This document shows, one piece after another, positions 1 through 9,940 of a stretch of 50,670 nt of DNA. The position numbers were made by a program, and so were the translations under genes. This DNA comes from an uncultured Bdellovibrionales bacterium (GTDB taxonomy: Bacteria > Bdellovibrionota_C > UBA2361 > OMII01). Positions within the stretch are counted from its first letter, which is position 1. Every line of letters starts with the position of its first letter. The notes beneath the pieces are model-generated. The model ran no database searches and was not told where the DNA came from. It was given only the letters and a program-made list of their open reading frames with translations. The stretch spans positions 1 through 50,670 of the forward strand of contig CAZZLV010000001.1 of the NCBI GenBank assembly GCA_964655155.1, written 5' to 3'.

Positions 1-77
1 TGGGGTGGCTGATGGGGGTCGAACCCACGACACTCGGAACCACAATCCGATGCTCTGCCAACTGAGCTACAGCCACC
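1..77 (-). tRNA. tRNA-His (anticodon GTG); the window begins at its 3' CCA
   Basis: Reverse complement reads GGTGGCTGTAGCTCAGTTGGCAGAGCATCGGATTGTGGTTCCGAGTGTCGTGGGTTCGACCCCCATCAGCCACCCCA. It has the extra 5' G(-1) typical of tRNA-His, anticodon stem TCGGA/TCCGA with loop TTGTGGT, a GGTTCGA T-loop and an encoded CCA. Confidence 0.85.
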
Positions 78-315
78 GTAAAAGATATCGTTCGCATCAT
101 CGACAATGTCGTAACGACCTACCTCTTTGGCAGAATCTACGACTTGCATCGATGGACGTCAGGGTAGAGCAACGCTGCAAACTAGTCAATATGGTCGCCG
201 TATCGGGTAGTTATACCGATTTTTCGATAGGATCTTCTGCAAATGTCCAACAAGTTGCTACTCTGAGTGATAGGTGCCAGCCTGTGACTGTCCCGATGAT
301 TTTGGAAGATGTTAA

Positions 316-1011
316 ATGAAGATCAGAACAGATGTCCGCTCCCCCAACTTCTCAGATCTGAATATCCCGGTTGAGTTCGTTGTGTTGCACTACACCGCGG
401 AAACTTTAGAGCGGACAATCGAGCTGTTTACACAGCCTTCAAGCGAGGTGTCGGCGCATATCGTGATCGATCAAGATGGTGTCGTCTATGAGCTCGTGGA
501 GTGTCTAGGAGGGGTGACAAAACGGGCATGGCACGCCGGTAGAAGTCGTTTTGAGGTTGTTTCCGCTAGAGGACGGAGGATAGTTGAGAGTTTTAATGAT
601 TTTTCGATCGGTATTGAACTCGTCAACTTAAACGGCAATATATTTCCTTACACGGAGGCGCAGTACACAAGCCTCTTTGCGTTGCTAGATTCATTGAAAG
701 GGCGATACCCAGCCTTACAGACACCTGAAGCGATAATTGGGCACGAGCAGATCGCCGGGTTTCGGGGTAAAGCTGATCCTGGGCGGTGTTTTGAGTGGGA
801 TCGGCTCTTTGCTGTTTGCTATGCTGGCCAGGGCGCGCCGAGTCGCACTGCTCTCTGTGGAGAGCGACTGGCGCAGTGTGTTCGGGAGCTTGTGAACAGT
901 TTTGAGATACTTCAAGGGGTAGGAGCGGGTGTTCACCCCGGAGAGGGCATTCCGAGGAGATTTTTTAGTCTTCTCAGCTCACTATTGGAGAGTGCATTGT
1001 CGCAAGAATAA
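316..1011 (+). CDS. ampD: N-acetylmuramoyl-L-alanine amidase (AmpD-like, Amidase_2 fold)
   Basis: 231-aa ORF with VVLHYTA, SAHIVIDQDG, AWHAGRS, FSIGIELVN and GHEQIA..KADPG motifs typical of AmpD / PGRP-type amidases. Confidence 0.8.
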   Translation: MKIRTDVRSPNFSDLNIPVEFVVLHYTAETLERTIELFTQPSSEVSAHIVIDQDGVVYELVECLGGVTKRAWHAGRSRFEVVSARGRRIVESFNDFSIGIELVNLNGNIFPYTEAQYTSLFALLDSLKGRYPALQTPEAIIGHEQIAGFRGKADPGRCFEWDRLFAVCYAGQGAPSRTALCGERLAQCVRELVNSFEILQGVGAGVHPGEGIPRRFFSLLSSLLESALSQE

Positions 1012-1082
1012 GCGTAACCGGTTGACATATCGGGGTTAGTGATTGAAGATTAAGGCGATATTTTAACTGTAAGTTCAAGGCT

Positions 1083-1547
1083 ATGATCAATAGAAGCTTT
1101 TTACCCCGGATCGGTTCATTAGTTGTGTCAGGCGCTATGCTTGCTGTGGTGTCTGGTTGTGCTCCGCGCGGTGAGTCGCACACCGTAGAGCAGATCCTTG
1201 CAGATGCGCGCAGCGCTTATCAGAGTGTGGTGGTATCTGCACCAACTGAAACAGCAGCCGCCCTGAAATTTTTGGCGGCATCGCTAGATCGTGTGGCTGG
1301 CATCGGAGGAGGAGGGGAGGCCAAGGTAATCTCTCAGGACATAGCTTCGATGCTCTCAGACTTAAGCCTCAAAGCAGGGTACACGGTTCGGCCAGCGATG
1401 GCGGAGCTGATTAACCAGTACCGAACGATAGCAACAAGCGCTGATGTGACTGTATCGATTGGAGCGCCTAATCTGAAATTGCTCTCTGCTCGTACGTATT
1501 CGCTGATTGCAAGCGAGTTGAAGACCACACAATTTAAAGTATCCTAA
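1083..1547 (+). CDS. Hypothetical lipoprotein
   Basis: 154-aa ORF. The N-terminal hydrophobic segment ends in a lipobox-like AVVSGC. No other recognisable motif. Confidence 0.5.
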   Translation: MINRSFLPRIGSLVVSGAMLAVVSGCAPRGESHTVEQILADARSAYQSVVVSAPTETAAALKFLAASLDRVAGIGGGGEAKVISQDIASMLSDLSLKAGYTVRPAMAELINQYRTIATSADVTVSIGAPNLKLLSARTYSLIASELKTTQFKVS

Positions 1548-1736
1548 CTATATTGGCTCTTCGTGGAATCGAGTGAATAGAATTGGCGTTTCCGGACGTG
1601 AACATGCTCGTGCACGTAAACGGGAGCGTACCCGAATATGTGTGGTAACACCCCCTGCAGGCAAAGTTTAGAAAGCTTGGCACCAACCCGTGTAAGCGAA
1701 AGCTTCGGCTGGGGAGAGGTGGGTAAGAGCTTTGAA

Positions 1737-1912
1737 CCTAAATTCAGCAGTTGCGGGCCCGAAAACGGCGCATCTGGCTAAAATCACTTCGTCTTTTGAA
1801 TTTTCGGTGCTCACCCTGACGGTGCCAGGGTTGCGCCTTAAGAAAAGTTCAAAATAGATCGTGCTTTTGAGCCTCTGCACCATTTTCACCCTCCTTAACT
1901 GCCGAATTTAGG
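1737..1912 (+). mobile_element. F1 MITE-like repeat, copy 1 (176 bp)
   Basis: Starts CCTAAATTCAGCAGTT and ends AACTGCCGAATTTAGG, with core CACCCTGACGGTGCCAGGG. About 90% identical to the other F1 copies. Flanks are TTGAA and TTCAA. Confidence 0.85.
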
Positions 1913-2048
1913 TTCAATCTTTTGGCCCCGCTTTACTCTGCAAACCCGCTCCTTACAATGGCAGCTAATGCTACAGTTGCTGCATTAGCTGAATATGTAT
2001 TGAGTGGCGTAATACTCGGGATACTTTAAAGAGATCCGAAGGGATATC

Positions 2049-3536
2049 TCAAGTGGAGTCGCGCAGTACAAACGCCACTTTGTTGTCGATATGGTCTGTA
2101 ACCCAGCTCTGATCCCACCATTCGTTTGGTGAAACGGGGATTCCGTGAGCACGAATCTCAAAGTAAACCTCCTCTGATTGGGCCAGCCCAGTCGTTCCGG
2201 TTTTACCAATCTCTTCTCCTCGCTGCACGGGTGTGCCGCGTTGAACGGTGACATCAGAGAGGTGCCCATAGATACTTGAGAGTCCGAATCCGTGATCAAC
2301 GATTATCGTATTTCCGAGTAGGCCAAGCATTCCTATGAATACTACCGTTCCGTTGTTCGCGGCCACCACAGGTGTACGCTTGTTGACGGGAAAACGGACA
2401 CCAGAGGAGACTCCGCGCATGATTTCTGTTGAATCGACCAGTATGACTCTCGTGTCACCAGCAGAGTTAGTCGGCGCAGAGCCTACAGGAGGCAGAAAAG
2501 CCTCTGCCCAGGAACGATTCTGTGCACTCTGAGATAGCGCAGTACTGACGAAGCCCTCATCACTAATAGCTAGGGTCTTGATCACGCTCTTTAGGTCAGT
2601 GGTAAGGTCTCCGGTCTCCTTAGCCTTGAGATTCTCTCGCTTGGAATAGCTGAAAAGCTCGTCGCGAATCAGGCTGCCTCTCTCGACCGTTAAGTTGCTG
2701 CGGAATGATGACCAGCGCCGTTGCTTGATCCGGTAGTTAAAGGAGGTTGTCGCGGAGTTCCCGAGATTGTCACGAGCGATAAGCCGCAGCTTTTCGGTTG
2801 AAGCGTCGAATGAGGCGGGGATCGGATACAACGCTATATACAGATTCGAGCGAGTCTTTAACCCTTCGTTCCAGCCGCCTGCCTGAAAGCCGCTGTACAG
2901 AGAGCCCTGTCCAAGTACCCCGTGAGCCTCTGGTGGCTTGCCAGTTACCCTGTAAAAGACCATCTCAGTGCCGCCGAGGACTCCGTTTTGTTGAGGCGTT
3001 AGCGCTGTAATTTGAGGTTTGAGATAGTTTACCTCAACCACCGCTGATAGCCTTGCGCTGTTATTCCAAAGCGACTTATCAAACGCGAGTACCTGCAATT
3101 CAGCGTTCCCCTCTTTAAGGTCGAGCTCTTTTGGGTTTACTGCGGCTTCGATCGTATCATTAAGTATTTTGGTAAATCCGAAGGTTTTGCGGGCTAATTC
3201 CCTCGATTCGTTGTTCTGAACAATTCGGACTATAACTTCATCGAGACCCGCACCGCTATCGGCCGCAGCTATGGCAACGGTTATCGCTTCTGCCCCAAGA
3301 CCTCGTGGTACCTCATGCCAAGCCAGAGAGGGGGGAGCATCCTCAATGAAGGATAGCGAAAGTGGATTTGTATGGGTCAGCTGCATGAACGCAACTACGC
3401 CTGCGCTTATAATTGAACCAGCGACGATTAGTAGCATCAACAAAAAAGTAATTCCACCCGATTCGTCGCTGGCATATCTGAGCCGATAGTAAACGCCGGG
3501 CATCACTGAGTCCTTAGTCGGCATTAATTCTTCCAT
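2049..3536 (-). CDS. M23 family metallopeptidase (LytM domain) with N-terminal membrane anchor
   Basis: C-terminus has IVDHGFGLSSIYGHLSD..VQRGEEIGKTGTTGLAQSEEVYFEIRAHG (HxxxD / HxH M23 signature). The start is uncertain: 3536, 3524 or 3503. The longest form overlaps the glyQS stop. Confidence 0.8.
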   Translation of the reverse strand: MEELMPTKDSVMPGVYYRLRYASDESGGITFLLMLLIVAGSIISAGVVAFMQLTHTNPLSLSFIEDAPPSLAWHEVPRGLGAEAITVAIAAADSGAGLDEVIVRIVQNNESRELARKTFGFTKILNDTIEAAVNPKELDLKEGNAELQVLAFDKSLWNNSARLSAVVEVNYLKPQITALTPQQNGVLGGTEMVFYRVTGKPPEAHGVLGQGSLYSGFQAGGWNEGLKTRSNLYIALYPIPASFDASTEKLRLIARDNLGNSATTSFNYRIKQRRWSSFRSNLTVERGSLIRDELFSYSKRENLKAKETGDLTTDLKSVIKTLAISDEGFVSTALSQSAQNRSWAEAFLPPVGSAPTNSAGDTRVILVDSTEIMRGVSSGVRFPVNKRTPVVAANNGTVVFIGMLGLLGNTIIVDHGFGLSSIYGHLSDVTVQRGTPVQRGEEIGKTGTTGLAQSEEVYFEIRAHGIPVSPNEWWDQSWVTDHIDNKVAFVLRDST

Positions 3537-5064
3537 GAACTATCGATAGCGCTTCAGTCACACTGATTCGATCCTGCTTTGTGGTATCTCGATCCCGAAT
3601 AGTGACCGTGTTGTCTTGCAAAGTTTGGTGGTCAACTGTTAGGCAGTAAGGAGTTCCTACCTCGTCGTGCCGCGAGTAACGTTTGCCGATTGATTGCTGC
3701 TCATCGTAGCTCGCATTGATACCGGCCTTAAAAAACTGATTAGAGATTGATCGCGCTACCTCCGGAAGGCCATCTTTTTTGAGTAGCGGTAGCACAGCAA
3801 CCTTATACGGAGCAAGTCGTGGGTGCAGTTTAAGCAGCACTCGCGTTTTTAGGGCTCCATCGGCGTCTATTCCCTGCTGCTCAGAGTATGCATCGCACAG
3901 ATATGCGAGAACAGCTCTAGTCAACCCGGCAGCTGGCTCGATCACATACGGCAGGAAACGCACCCCTGGTTTGCCAGTTACTGGGTCTAACTTATTCTGG
4001 TCAAAATATGAGAGTTTTGCGCCCGATTCCTCGGAGTGCTTGGTGAGATCATAGTCAGTTCTTGACGCGATCCCCTCTAATTCATCCCAGCCCCACGGAT
4101 ATTCAAACTCGATGTCACAACAGGTGTCGGCATAATGAGCCAGCTCGTCTTGCTCGTGCTGTCGAACTCGAAAAGCCGATTTGTTGTTGGCATACCGTTG
4201 CCACCACTGCATGCGCTGCTCTGTCCAGTAGGTGTGCCACTCACGTTGTGTGCCCGGCTCGCAGAAAAACTCCATCTCCATCTGCTCGAATTCACACGTT
4301 CTGAAGATAAACTTCTCTGTAGTCACCTCGTTACGGAATGATTTGCCTTGTTGTGCTATTCCGAACGGAACCTTCATCGACATCGTTTGTTGAACATTTA
4401 GAAACTGGACAAACATAGCTTGCGCAGTCTCTGGGCGTAGATAAATCGCCGTTGATTTAACTGCTTCATCAACCTTTTCCCGAAGCTCGGTTCGTGAGAG
4501 CTGCTTGCCGTGGATCTGATCTAGGAGGTTCTCGATCGGATCCACTGGCCCTATCGATGTGCGAAACATTAAGTTGAATTGGCGCTCACTGGATAGTTCG
4601 GAGCTGCCGCAATGCGGGCACACATAACCGCATTCACCGACGGTTCCAGTGCTCTTCTGGCCACCACTCTTGCCTCCTTTTACCCATGTAATTGGCGTGT
4701 TTGGCTTGAGTTGGGGAGCTTTGTCAGCGCGGAAACGCTCTTTACAGTTTAAACAATCAACGAGCGGATCGGAGAATCCAGCGAGGTGACCACTGGCCTT
4801 CCATACACTTGGGTGCATGAGGATCGATGCATCGATGCCGACGATGTCCTCGCGTTCATGCACCATTGCACGCCACCACTCGGCAGCGATATTGCGCTTA
4901 AGCTCCACACCGAGAGGCCCATAATCGTAGGCACTCTTTAGTCCGCCATAAATCTCACTACTTTGAAACACGAAACCTCTGCGCTTTGTAAGCGAGACGA
5001 TCTTTTGAAGAATTTCGGATTTCTGAAGAGTCTCAGATTTCTGAGGAGAAGGTGGGAGGCTCAT
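3514..5064 (-). CDS. glyQS: Glycine--tRNA ligase, single-chain alpha2 type
   Basis: Class II aaRS motifs (FRNE..FRTCEFEQMEMEFF; GLTRAVLAYL) and a C-terminal anticodon-binding domain. I prefer the ATG at 5064 (MSLPPSP...) because AAGGA lies 6-7 nt upstream. The track ORF extends to 5094. Confidence 0.9.
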   Translation of the reverse strand: MSLPPSPQKSETLQKSEILQKIVSLTKRRGFVFQSSEIYGGLKSAYDYGPLGVELKRNIAAEWWRAMVHEREDIVGIDASILMHPSVWKASGHLAGFSDPLVDCLNCKERFRADKAPQLKPNTPITWVKGGKSGGQKSTGTVGECGYVCPHCGSSELSSERQFNLMFRTSIGPVDPIENLLDQIHGKQLSRTELREKVDEAVKSTAIYLRPETAQAMFVQFLNVQQTMSMKVPFGIAQQGKSFRNEVTTEKFIFRTCEFEQMEMEFFCEPGTQREWHTYWTEQRMQWWQRYANNKSAFRVRQHEQDELAHYADTCCDIEFEYPWGWDELEGIASRTDYDLTKHSEESGAKLSYFDQNKLDPVTGKPGVRFLPYVIEPAAGLTRAVLAYLCDAYSEQQGIDADGALKTRVLLKLHPRLAPYKVAVLPLLKKDGLPEVARSISNQFFKAGINASYDEQQSIGKRYSRHDEVGTPYCLTVDHQTLQDNTVTIRDRDTTKQDRISVTEALSIVHGRINAD

Positions 5065-5356
5065 TGTAGGTCCTTGCAAACTATGAAGTAACAAAACTAT
5101 GCAGAAAAAACTCGGTAAAAGCAGTAGCGCTAGCTGATCGCCGCACTGAACATGAACTATTGAAGCTACCCCTAAAATGGACGTTTCTCAAGAGGTGATA
5201 CGGCCTGCGGGGATAGTATGATGAGCCCCAGTATCTCGCTATATGAGTATTATTATGATCCATTGATTGTATGATTGGGGCATTCAGTGATTGGCGATTT
5301 GGGGGGTGTGAAAGGATCTCGGTTGGGGTACCCTTATTAGATACGGGGGACTCTTT

Positions 5357-6607
5357 ATGAGAATAGCGATCGTTGGTGGGGTTAGAACTGCTTTTGTAAA
5401 GGCTGGAGGGGTGTTTTCGCACTATTCTAGTCTTGATCTAGGTAAGCATGTGGTTGTTTCTTGTGTAGAGAAGTTTGGTATCAACCCTAGTATAATCGAT
5501 GAGCTTCATTTCGGCACTGTGTTGTTAGATCCGCGCTATCCTAATCTGGCGCGGGAAATTGTGCTTCGCTCCGGACTTCCTAAGACTATCTCGGGTCACT
5601 TTGTTTCAAACAACTGCATAACTGGCCTAGTTGCGGCATGCGTAGCAGTCGATGCGATCGCTTCGGGGCGAATTAGGGCCGCTATCGTTGGAGGTAGTGA
5701 ATCGATGTCATGCCCCACACTCACCTTCCCGCGTAAGGGCGAGGAGTTTTTTATCAGGATGAATAGGGCAAGAACGATTAAGGAGCGGCTCGGTCTGTTG
5801 AGACGTTTTCGTCCTAAGTTTCTCGCGCCACAGGCGCCAAGTCCAAAGGAGCCATCGACTGGTCTAACAATGGGGCAGCACTGCGAGCTTATGGCACAAG
5901 AGTCTGCAATAACTCGCGCCGATCAGGATGCGCTCGCATTTACGAGTCATATAAATGCAGCGGCAGCCAGAGATGCTGGGATCTTGGCTGCCCAGATAGT
6001 GCCACTCGGAGGTGTTGGTGAGGATAATCTTGTAAGGTCTGATACCTCCCTTGAGAAGTTGAGATCCCTGCCCGCTGTTTTCGATCGCAGTGCGCTTGGT
6101 TCGATCTCTGCTGGCAATTCAAGCGCGTTAACCGATGGTGCATCGGCGGTGTGTCTAATGGCCGAGGATGTTGCTCGTGAGCAGGGGTTGCCGATCCAAG
6201 GCTACATTGAGGCGATCGATTTTGCGGCCGTTCCGCCTGGGGACGGATTGCTTATGGGGCCAGTGGTCACCTTGCCGAGGGTCATGCGTCGGCTCTCATG
6301 GGAAGTTGCGAGTGTTGATCTCTTTGAAATTCATGAAGCGTTTGCTGCGCAGGTTCTCTGTAATTTAAAGGCTTGGGAAGATGGGTGGTCTTGCTATCCA
6401 GGGGAGATACCGCTCGGGCCTATTCCAAGAGATCGGATCAACGTCCTTGGTGGGTCAATAGCCCTGGGGCACCCTTTTGCAGCTACTGGCGGCCGACTTT
6501 TGATTAATGCCTGCGATGCCCTTCGTGCTCGAGGTGGTAAGAGGGCAGTAATAAGTGTCTGCGCTGCTGGTGGCGGTGCCGCTGCGGCAGCAGTTTCAGT
6601 ACCGTGA
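5357..6607 (+). CDS. Acetyl-CoA C-acyltransferase (thiolase family, FadI/FadA-like)
   Basis: N-terminal MRIAIVGGVRTAFVKAGG, an active-site Cys region, and C-terminal GGSIALGHPFAATGGRL and VCAAGGG thiolase signatures. Confidence 0.85.
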   Translation: MRIAIVGGVRTAFVKAGGVFSHYSSLDLGKHVVVSCVEKFGINPSIIDELHFGTVLLDPRYPNLAREIVLRSGLPKTISGHFVSNNCITGLVAACVAVDAIASGRIRAAIVGGSESMSCPTLTFPRKGEEFFIRMNRARTIKERLGLLRRFRPKFLAPQAPSPKEPSTGLTMGQHCELMAQESAITRADQDALAFTSHINAAAARDAGILAAQIVPLGGVGEDNLVRSDTSLEKLRSLPAVFDRSALGSISAGNSSALTDGASAVCLMAEDVAREQGLPIQGYIEAIDFAAVPPGDGLLMGPVVTLPRVMRRLSWEVASVDLFEIHEAFAAQVLCNLKAWEDGWSCYPGEIPLGPIPRDRINVLGGSIALGHPFAATGGRLLINACDALRARGGKRAVISVCAAGGGAAAAAVSVP

Positions 6608-6670
6608 GCGGCCATGGTTATTAATTCGTCAATTAAATATCCGTCGCTCGATGGGCTCTGATCGATTTGA

Positions 6671-6892
6671 CCTAAATTCGGCAGTGCAGGCGGATGAAAA
6701 TGGCGCATCTGGTTAAACCTCAATTCGGCAGTTGCGGGCCCGAAAACGGCGCATATCGCTAAAATCACTTTGTCTTTTGAATTTACGGTGCTCACCCTGA
6801 CGGTGCCAGGGTTGCGCCTCCGAAAAGTTCAAAATCCATCGTTCTTTTAGCCACCTGCACCATTTTGGCTCACCTTAATTGCTCTTTTTAGG
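6671..6892 (+). mobile_element. F1 MITE-like repeat, copy 2: a 47-nt extra left-arm fragment (6671-6717) followed by a full copy (6718-6892)
   Basis: CCTAAATTCGGCAGTGCAGGCGGATGAAAATGGCGCATCTGGTTAAA is followed directly by CCTCAATTCGGCAGTTGCGGGCCCGAAAACGG...CTTTTTAGG. Confidence 0.8.
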
Positions 6893-7040
6893 TTTAATTG
6901 CCGTCTTAATAAGTGCGTGAATGCGGTAAGCAAACAGGCCATCGATTGCCTATTCCCGACTATTTTCAAGTCGACCATAGCTAGCTTCGTTAAAAATAGG
7001 TGCTACTTAAGTCCTTTGGGCAATTCCCCCAAAAAGTCCT

Positions 7041-7067
7041 TAAGAGAATTTGCAGAGCTGCCGTAGA
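7041..7067 (+). promoter_or_regulatory. Candidate sigma-28 (FliA) promoter for flagellin
   Basis: TAAGAGAA-N11-GCCGTAGA compared with the consensus TAAAGTTT-N11-GCCGATAA. It lies about 240 nt upstream of the flagellin ATG. Confidence 0.4.
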
Positions 7068-7304
7068 GGTATTTATCGGCAAGTCCGGTCTGTCTCTCGG
7101 GCCGTAGCGGTATCTCAGTTCAGAGACCAGGTAGTAGCAGTATCCCATCGTTGTAGCAATGGCGACGCAGGTGCGCGGGAGAGTTCAATCGAGTTCTCAG
7201 TGTGCTTTTGCTCGCTTTAACACTTCGGCGCCTCGCCTGCTTAAGAGTGCAGGACCTATCAAAGGAGTGATGGGAGCGTCGGATTAACATCAAGGAGGAA
7301 ATGT

Positions 7305-8168
7305 ATGGCACTTAGTATTAATTCGAATCTCGCGTCGGTTCGCGGACAACGGCTATTAGGTAACTCGTCAGAGGCTTTGAGTCGTGTCTTTGAGAAATTG
7401 TCCTCAGGACAACGCATCAATCGATCCAGTGATGATTCGGCAGGTCTAGCTATTGCGGCATCTCTGCGAGTTAACTCTCGTGTGGCTGCAACAGCGATTA
7501 GAAACGCCCAGGACGGTATTTCGACAGTAGCAGTTGCTGATGGAGCTCTTGAGTCGATTCAATCTGTGCTTGGACGTCTCTCTGAGTTAGCTACTCAGTC
7601 TGCTAACGGCACATATTCGTCAGTTCAGCGCTCTGCTCTACAGGCAGAGTTCTCAACTCTCGGATCTGAGATAGAGCGTATTGCTGTAACAACGGCCTTT
7701 AACGGCGTTGCTTTGCTGTCAGGTAGCCAGGTGATTAACTTCCAGATTGGGTTTGATAGCGCTTCAACGTCGCAAATCACGCTCAATCAAGGCGGGGGAG
7801 CGACGCTGCAGGCGCTTGGGCTAGCCGCAAGTGGTTCATCTGCGTTGTCTTTCTCAATCACGGGTAATTCAACCGATAACGCACAGTCGGCTGCGCAGTC
7901 AGCATTGGCAGCAATAAATGGAGCGGTCGTTTCTCTGAATAGCTTGCGAGGCACGCTAGGAACGGTCGAAGCGCGTCTCAATAGTGCAGTTCGGAATCTC
8001 TCGGTAACTCGTGAGAATAATCTGGCTGCCGAGTCGCGTATTATGGATGCTGATGTAGCTAGTGAGGCAGCTGAATTAACTCGCTTGAACATTCTTCAAC
8101 AGGCGGCTTCTTCTGTGCTCTCACAGGCTAATCAGAGTCCTCAGCTTGCAGTTCAGCTGTTACGGTAA
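7305..8168 (+). CDS. fliC: Flagellin
   Basis: Conserved N-terminal (MALSINSNLAS...RINRSSDDSAGLAIA) and C-terminal (ESRIMDADVASEAAELTRLNILQQAASSVLSQANQSPQLAVQLLR) D0/D1 segments, with AAGGAGG 5 nt before the ATG. Confidence 0.92.
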   Translation: MALSINSNLASVRGQRLLGNSSEALSRVFEKLSSGQRINRSSDDSAGLAIAASLRVNSRVAATAIRNAQDGISTVAVADGALESIQSVLGRLSELATQSANGTYSSVQRSALQAEFSTLGSEIERIAVTTAFNGVALLSGSQVINFQIGFDSASTSQITLNQGGGATLQALGLAASGSSALSFSITGNSTDNAQSAAQSALAAINGAVVSLNSLRGTLGTVEARLNSAVRNLSVTRENNLAAESRIMDADVASEAAELTRLNILQQAASSVLSQANQSPQLAVQLLR

Positions 8169-8214
8169 AAAGTTTCATAGGGTGGCGCATCACGTATATC
8201 GGGGTGCGTTACCC

Positions 8215-9333
8215 TTATGAACGATTCGTGCTTAGAGCGTTTAGAGCTTGCTGATCTAGAAAGAGCTTTCCAAACTCATTAGTAAGGAAGCAGTTAAGGG
8301 AGATCTCCTCAACTTTAATGAATCCTTTACGTGTACCGAGAGCCCCGGTCAGAACAAGGTCAACGGCACCACATATCCCTGCAGCCGTTGTCACTTGGAT
8401 AGCACCTAAATGCAGCCCGGCGACAGTTTGGTTGTACACGGTGCTGGCGTATGTTTTCTGAGTGAGCTTTGTGCTGACGCGACCAGTTGCTTCGACCAGG
8501 ATTACACACTTATCTTGCATAGTGGTCGGGATGCTTCGCTCGAATATCTTTTTTAGGACATCTCTATCGTGGCTGAATTGGAGATCGTCTAGAAGAAATG
8601 CCATTAGGTCACGATGTCCCGGATAGCGAATAGTTTTGTATGTGAGATCCTGAACTTTACCCTGAAGCGTATGGCACAGGCTGCCCAAGCCTCCTGAGGT
8701 ATTGAATGCCTCGTACTCGCATCCGTTGAGGGAAAAGCGCTCATACCCATCCAGTGGTGGTACAAGTTCATGCTTGCCGTTGTGAAGTACCTCGCACGGA
8801 TTGCAGTACTCATTGATTAGGCCATCTGTTGACCAGGTTAGATTGTACTTGAGCTTATTAGTCGGATATATGGGTAAGGCGCCCACGCGCATCTTAAGTG
8901 AATCGACTGAATCCAGCAGGGTACAGAGGTGCGCTGCAGCGATACTAATAAAACCGGGAGCTAGTCCGCACTGAGGCATAAACCACGAAGATGCAGTCGA
9001 TGCTAGGTGCAAAATCTGTTGCGACGTGCGGACATCCTCAGTTAGATCTGCATAGCCAATTTCGCAATCAGCAGCCGCTTGTGCCACGACATGGTTACAT
9101 GAAAAAGGAAGGGCGCTTAGCACAGCGGAGCATCCGGCGAGCAGTTTTTTCATATCAGCCGGTTTTTGTATATTCAGGTGGTGTGCTGTTGCCTCAGGCC
9201 AGCAGCGAGCAATGTCGTTAGCTAGCTCGAGATTGCCATCACAGACTCGTACACGATAACGGCCTGATGCGCAGAGTAGGGCAGTAATTGCTACGCCTAT
9301 TTTACCAGCTCCAAAAAGCGCCAAGGTGTGCAT
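8215..9333 (-). CDS. Saccharopine dehydrogenase family oxidoreductase
   Basis: N-terminal Rossmann motif LFGAGKIGVAI, and a length and C-terminal region resembling Sacchrp_dh_C proteins. The exact substrate is unknown. Confidence 0.65.
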   Translation of the reverse strand: MHTLALFGAGKIGVAITALLCASGRYRVRVCDGNLELANDIARCWPEATAHHLNIQKPADMKKLLAGCSAVLSALPFSCNHVVAQAAADCEIGYADLTEDVRTSQQILHLASTASSWFMPQCGLAPGFISIAAAHLCTLLDSVDSLKMRVGALPIYPTNKLKYNLTWSTDGLINEYCNPCEVLHNGKHELVPPLDGYERFSLNGCEYEAFNTSGGLGSLCHTLQGKVQDLTYKTIRYPGHRDLMAFLLDDLQFSHDRDVLKKIFERSIPTTMQDKCVILVEATGRVSTKLTQKTYASTVYNQTVAGLHLGAIQVTTAAGICGAVDLVLTGALGTRKGFIKVEEISLNCFLTNEFGKLFLDQQALNALSTNRS

Positions 9334-9940
9334 AGTTGATTCGTTTCCTAAAAAAGCTAGTGCTCATAAGAACTAAAGTAAATTGCAAAAGGATTAAGAC
9401 ATATAGAGTTACTGGGTTGTGGCACCTTGATTCTCTCTTGTAAGTCCTGCCGCTTTCGATCTTCCTGAGCAAATTACTATTTTGTACATTGTGCCGCCTC
9501 CGCAGCACACCCATAGCATTTTTAAAAAAATTGTTCTGACTGTCTCAATCCTTTTGAAGACGCTGTAGATACATTAGATACAAAAACTGGTCATTTCGAT
9601 CCTAGGTTGACATGGACAAGGGGGTATAGCGAATGATAGTGGCTACAAAATAGTACGCAAGCGAGGCGCGCGTTTTGTTGAGCATAACGCAAGTTTGGCA
9701 CCTTGGGGGATAAGAAGCCTGACTAGTACCCACAAATACCCGAGACCGCATCTGTATCAAGAAATCCGAAAACTTTCAGATAAACAGAGAGAAAAAGAGA
9801 ACAGGGAGAATAAGAATGCCTTTTCTCGCTGTTCTCGGGTTCTCTTTGTTCAATTTTACTTTTTAATTACACCGCGGTAGGCGCTTTTGATGCTCCGCTG
9901 CCTTTATTTATTCGGATTATGGAGCCTTGTGGATAATAAT

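Noticed and set aside
5-319. 104-aa ORF at the window start
   Set aside because: Its 5' part is the antisense of tRNA-His, it has no SD, and its composition is arbitrary. It is most likely spurious.
1668-1889. Track ORFs lying inside F1 repeats (1668..1889, 10048..10257, 12674..12895, 12732..12923, 21154..21354, 26147..26338), considered as a family of small protein genes
   Set aside because: Different copies are open on different strands and in different frames. One-nt indels frameshift copies 2 and 3, no stop codon lies within the element, and substitutions are not third-position biased by eye. The conserved SD and ATG are reported as a finding, but these ORFs are not annotated as CDS.
6394-6795. 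133-aa minus-strand ORF
   Set aside because: It starts inside F1 copy 2 and continues antisense through the thiolase 3' end (an Ala/Pro-rich shadow frame).
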